Part shown: positions 23,875-24,000 of the stretch, piece after piece
Numbering within the stretch: position 1 is the stretch's first letter
How the letters are laid out: each line of letters opens with the position of its first letter
Assembly: GCF_034006065.1 (NCBI RefSeq)
Contig: NZ_JAVETM010000001.1
Span: 293,147 to 317,146, forward strand
Reading direction: 5' to 3'
Length of the DNA stretch: 24,000 nt
Source: Desulfobotulus sp.
GTDB lineage: Bacteria > Desulfobacterota > Desulfobacteria > Desulfobacterales > ASO4-4
Notes under the pieces: generated by a model
What the model was told of the DNA's origin: nothing
Databases searched by the model: none
The model's input: the letters and a program-made list of their open reading frames with translations, nothing else
Made by a program: the position numbers and the translations under genes

Positions 23875-24000
23875 TCAGAAAAAAACCTCAACCCCCACCT
23901 TCAGATTCCGCCCCGGCATGGGATAGACAGAGCCGGAATACGCCGCCAGGGCGTAGGAAGCATCCCAGAGGTTGTTCACTTCCAGAAAAAAAGCCAGAGG
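23875..24000 (-). CDS. TonB-dependent receptor or OM barrel, C-terminal 41 codons (gene continues beyond the window end)
   Basis: The minus-strand translation reads ...PLAFFLEVNNLWDASYALAAYSGSVYPMPGRNLKVGVEVFF*, a classic TonB-dependent receptor terminal strand motif (NLxDxxY ... PGRN.....F). It is not in the ORF track because no start codon lies in the window. Confidence 0.65.
   Translation of the reverse strand, partial: PLAFFLEVNNLWDASYALAAYSGSVYPMPGRNLKVGVEVFF

Overview
This 24-kb window comes from a diderm (Gram-negative) genome: it encodes several outer-membrane beta-barrels and a TonB-dependent receptor tail. The protein content looks deltaproteobacterial/Desulfobacterota-like, but that is a weak inference.

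Positions 1-9.1 kb look like ordinary chromosome. They hold the 3' end of a FadL-family porin, a hypothetical gene, an AI-2E family transporter, a proVWX-type glycine-betaine ABC transporter with a good sigma70-like promoter, uppP, and a Cache/HAMP methyl-accepting chemotaxis protein.

Positions 9.4-23.9 kb are the interesting part. Two co-directional gene modules are each preceded by structured leaders that I read as GEMM-I (c-di-GMP-I class) riboswitch aptamers. There is one aptamer before the gene at 9641 and five in tandem (18146-18527) before the gene at 18551.

The first genes of both modules, plus two further genes, form a paralogous family of Sec-exported proteins. They share a motif right after the signal peptide, (L/M)x(D/E)x(E/D/A)(L/M)xx(V/I/C)T(G/A)(Q/G), which resembles a double-glycine leader. 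Next to them lie:
- a signal-peptide-bearing C39-like cysteine peptidase with an intact Q/C/H/D catalytic set;
- an outer-membrane beta-barrel with an N-terminal coiled coil (a FapD/FapF-like pairing);
- an oversized FadL-like barrel and a second small barrel;
- two beta-propeller repeat proteins (PD40-like and LVIVD);
- an AMIN+HEAT protein.

I interpret this as a candidate second-messenger-controlled, Fap/curli-like outer-membrane secretion or assembly system for a surface or matrix protein family that I do not recognise as characterised. All homology statements come from reading the translations by eye; no searches were run.
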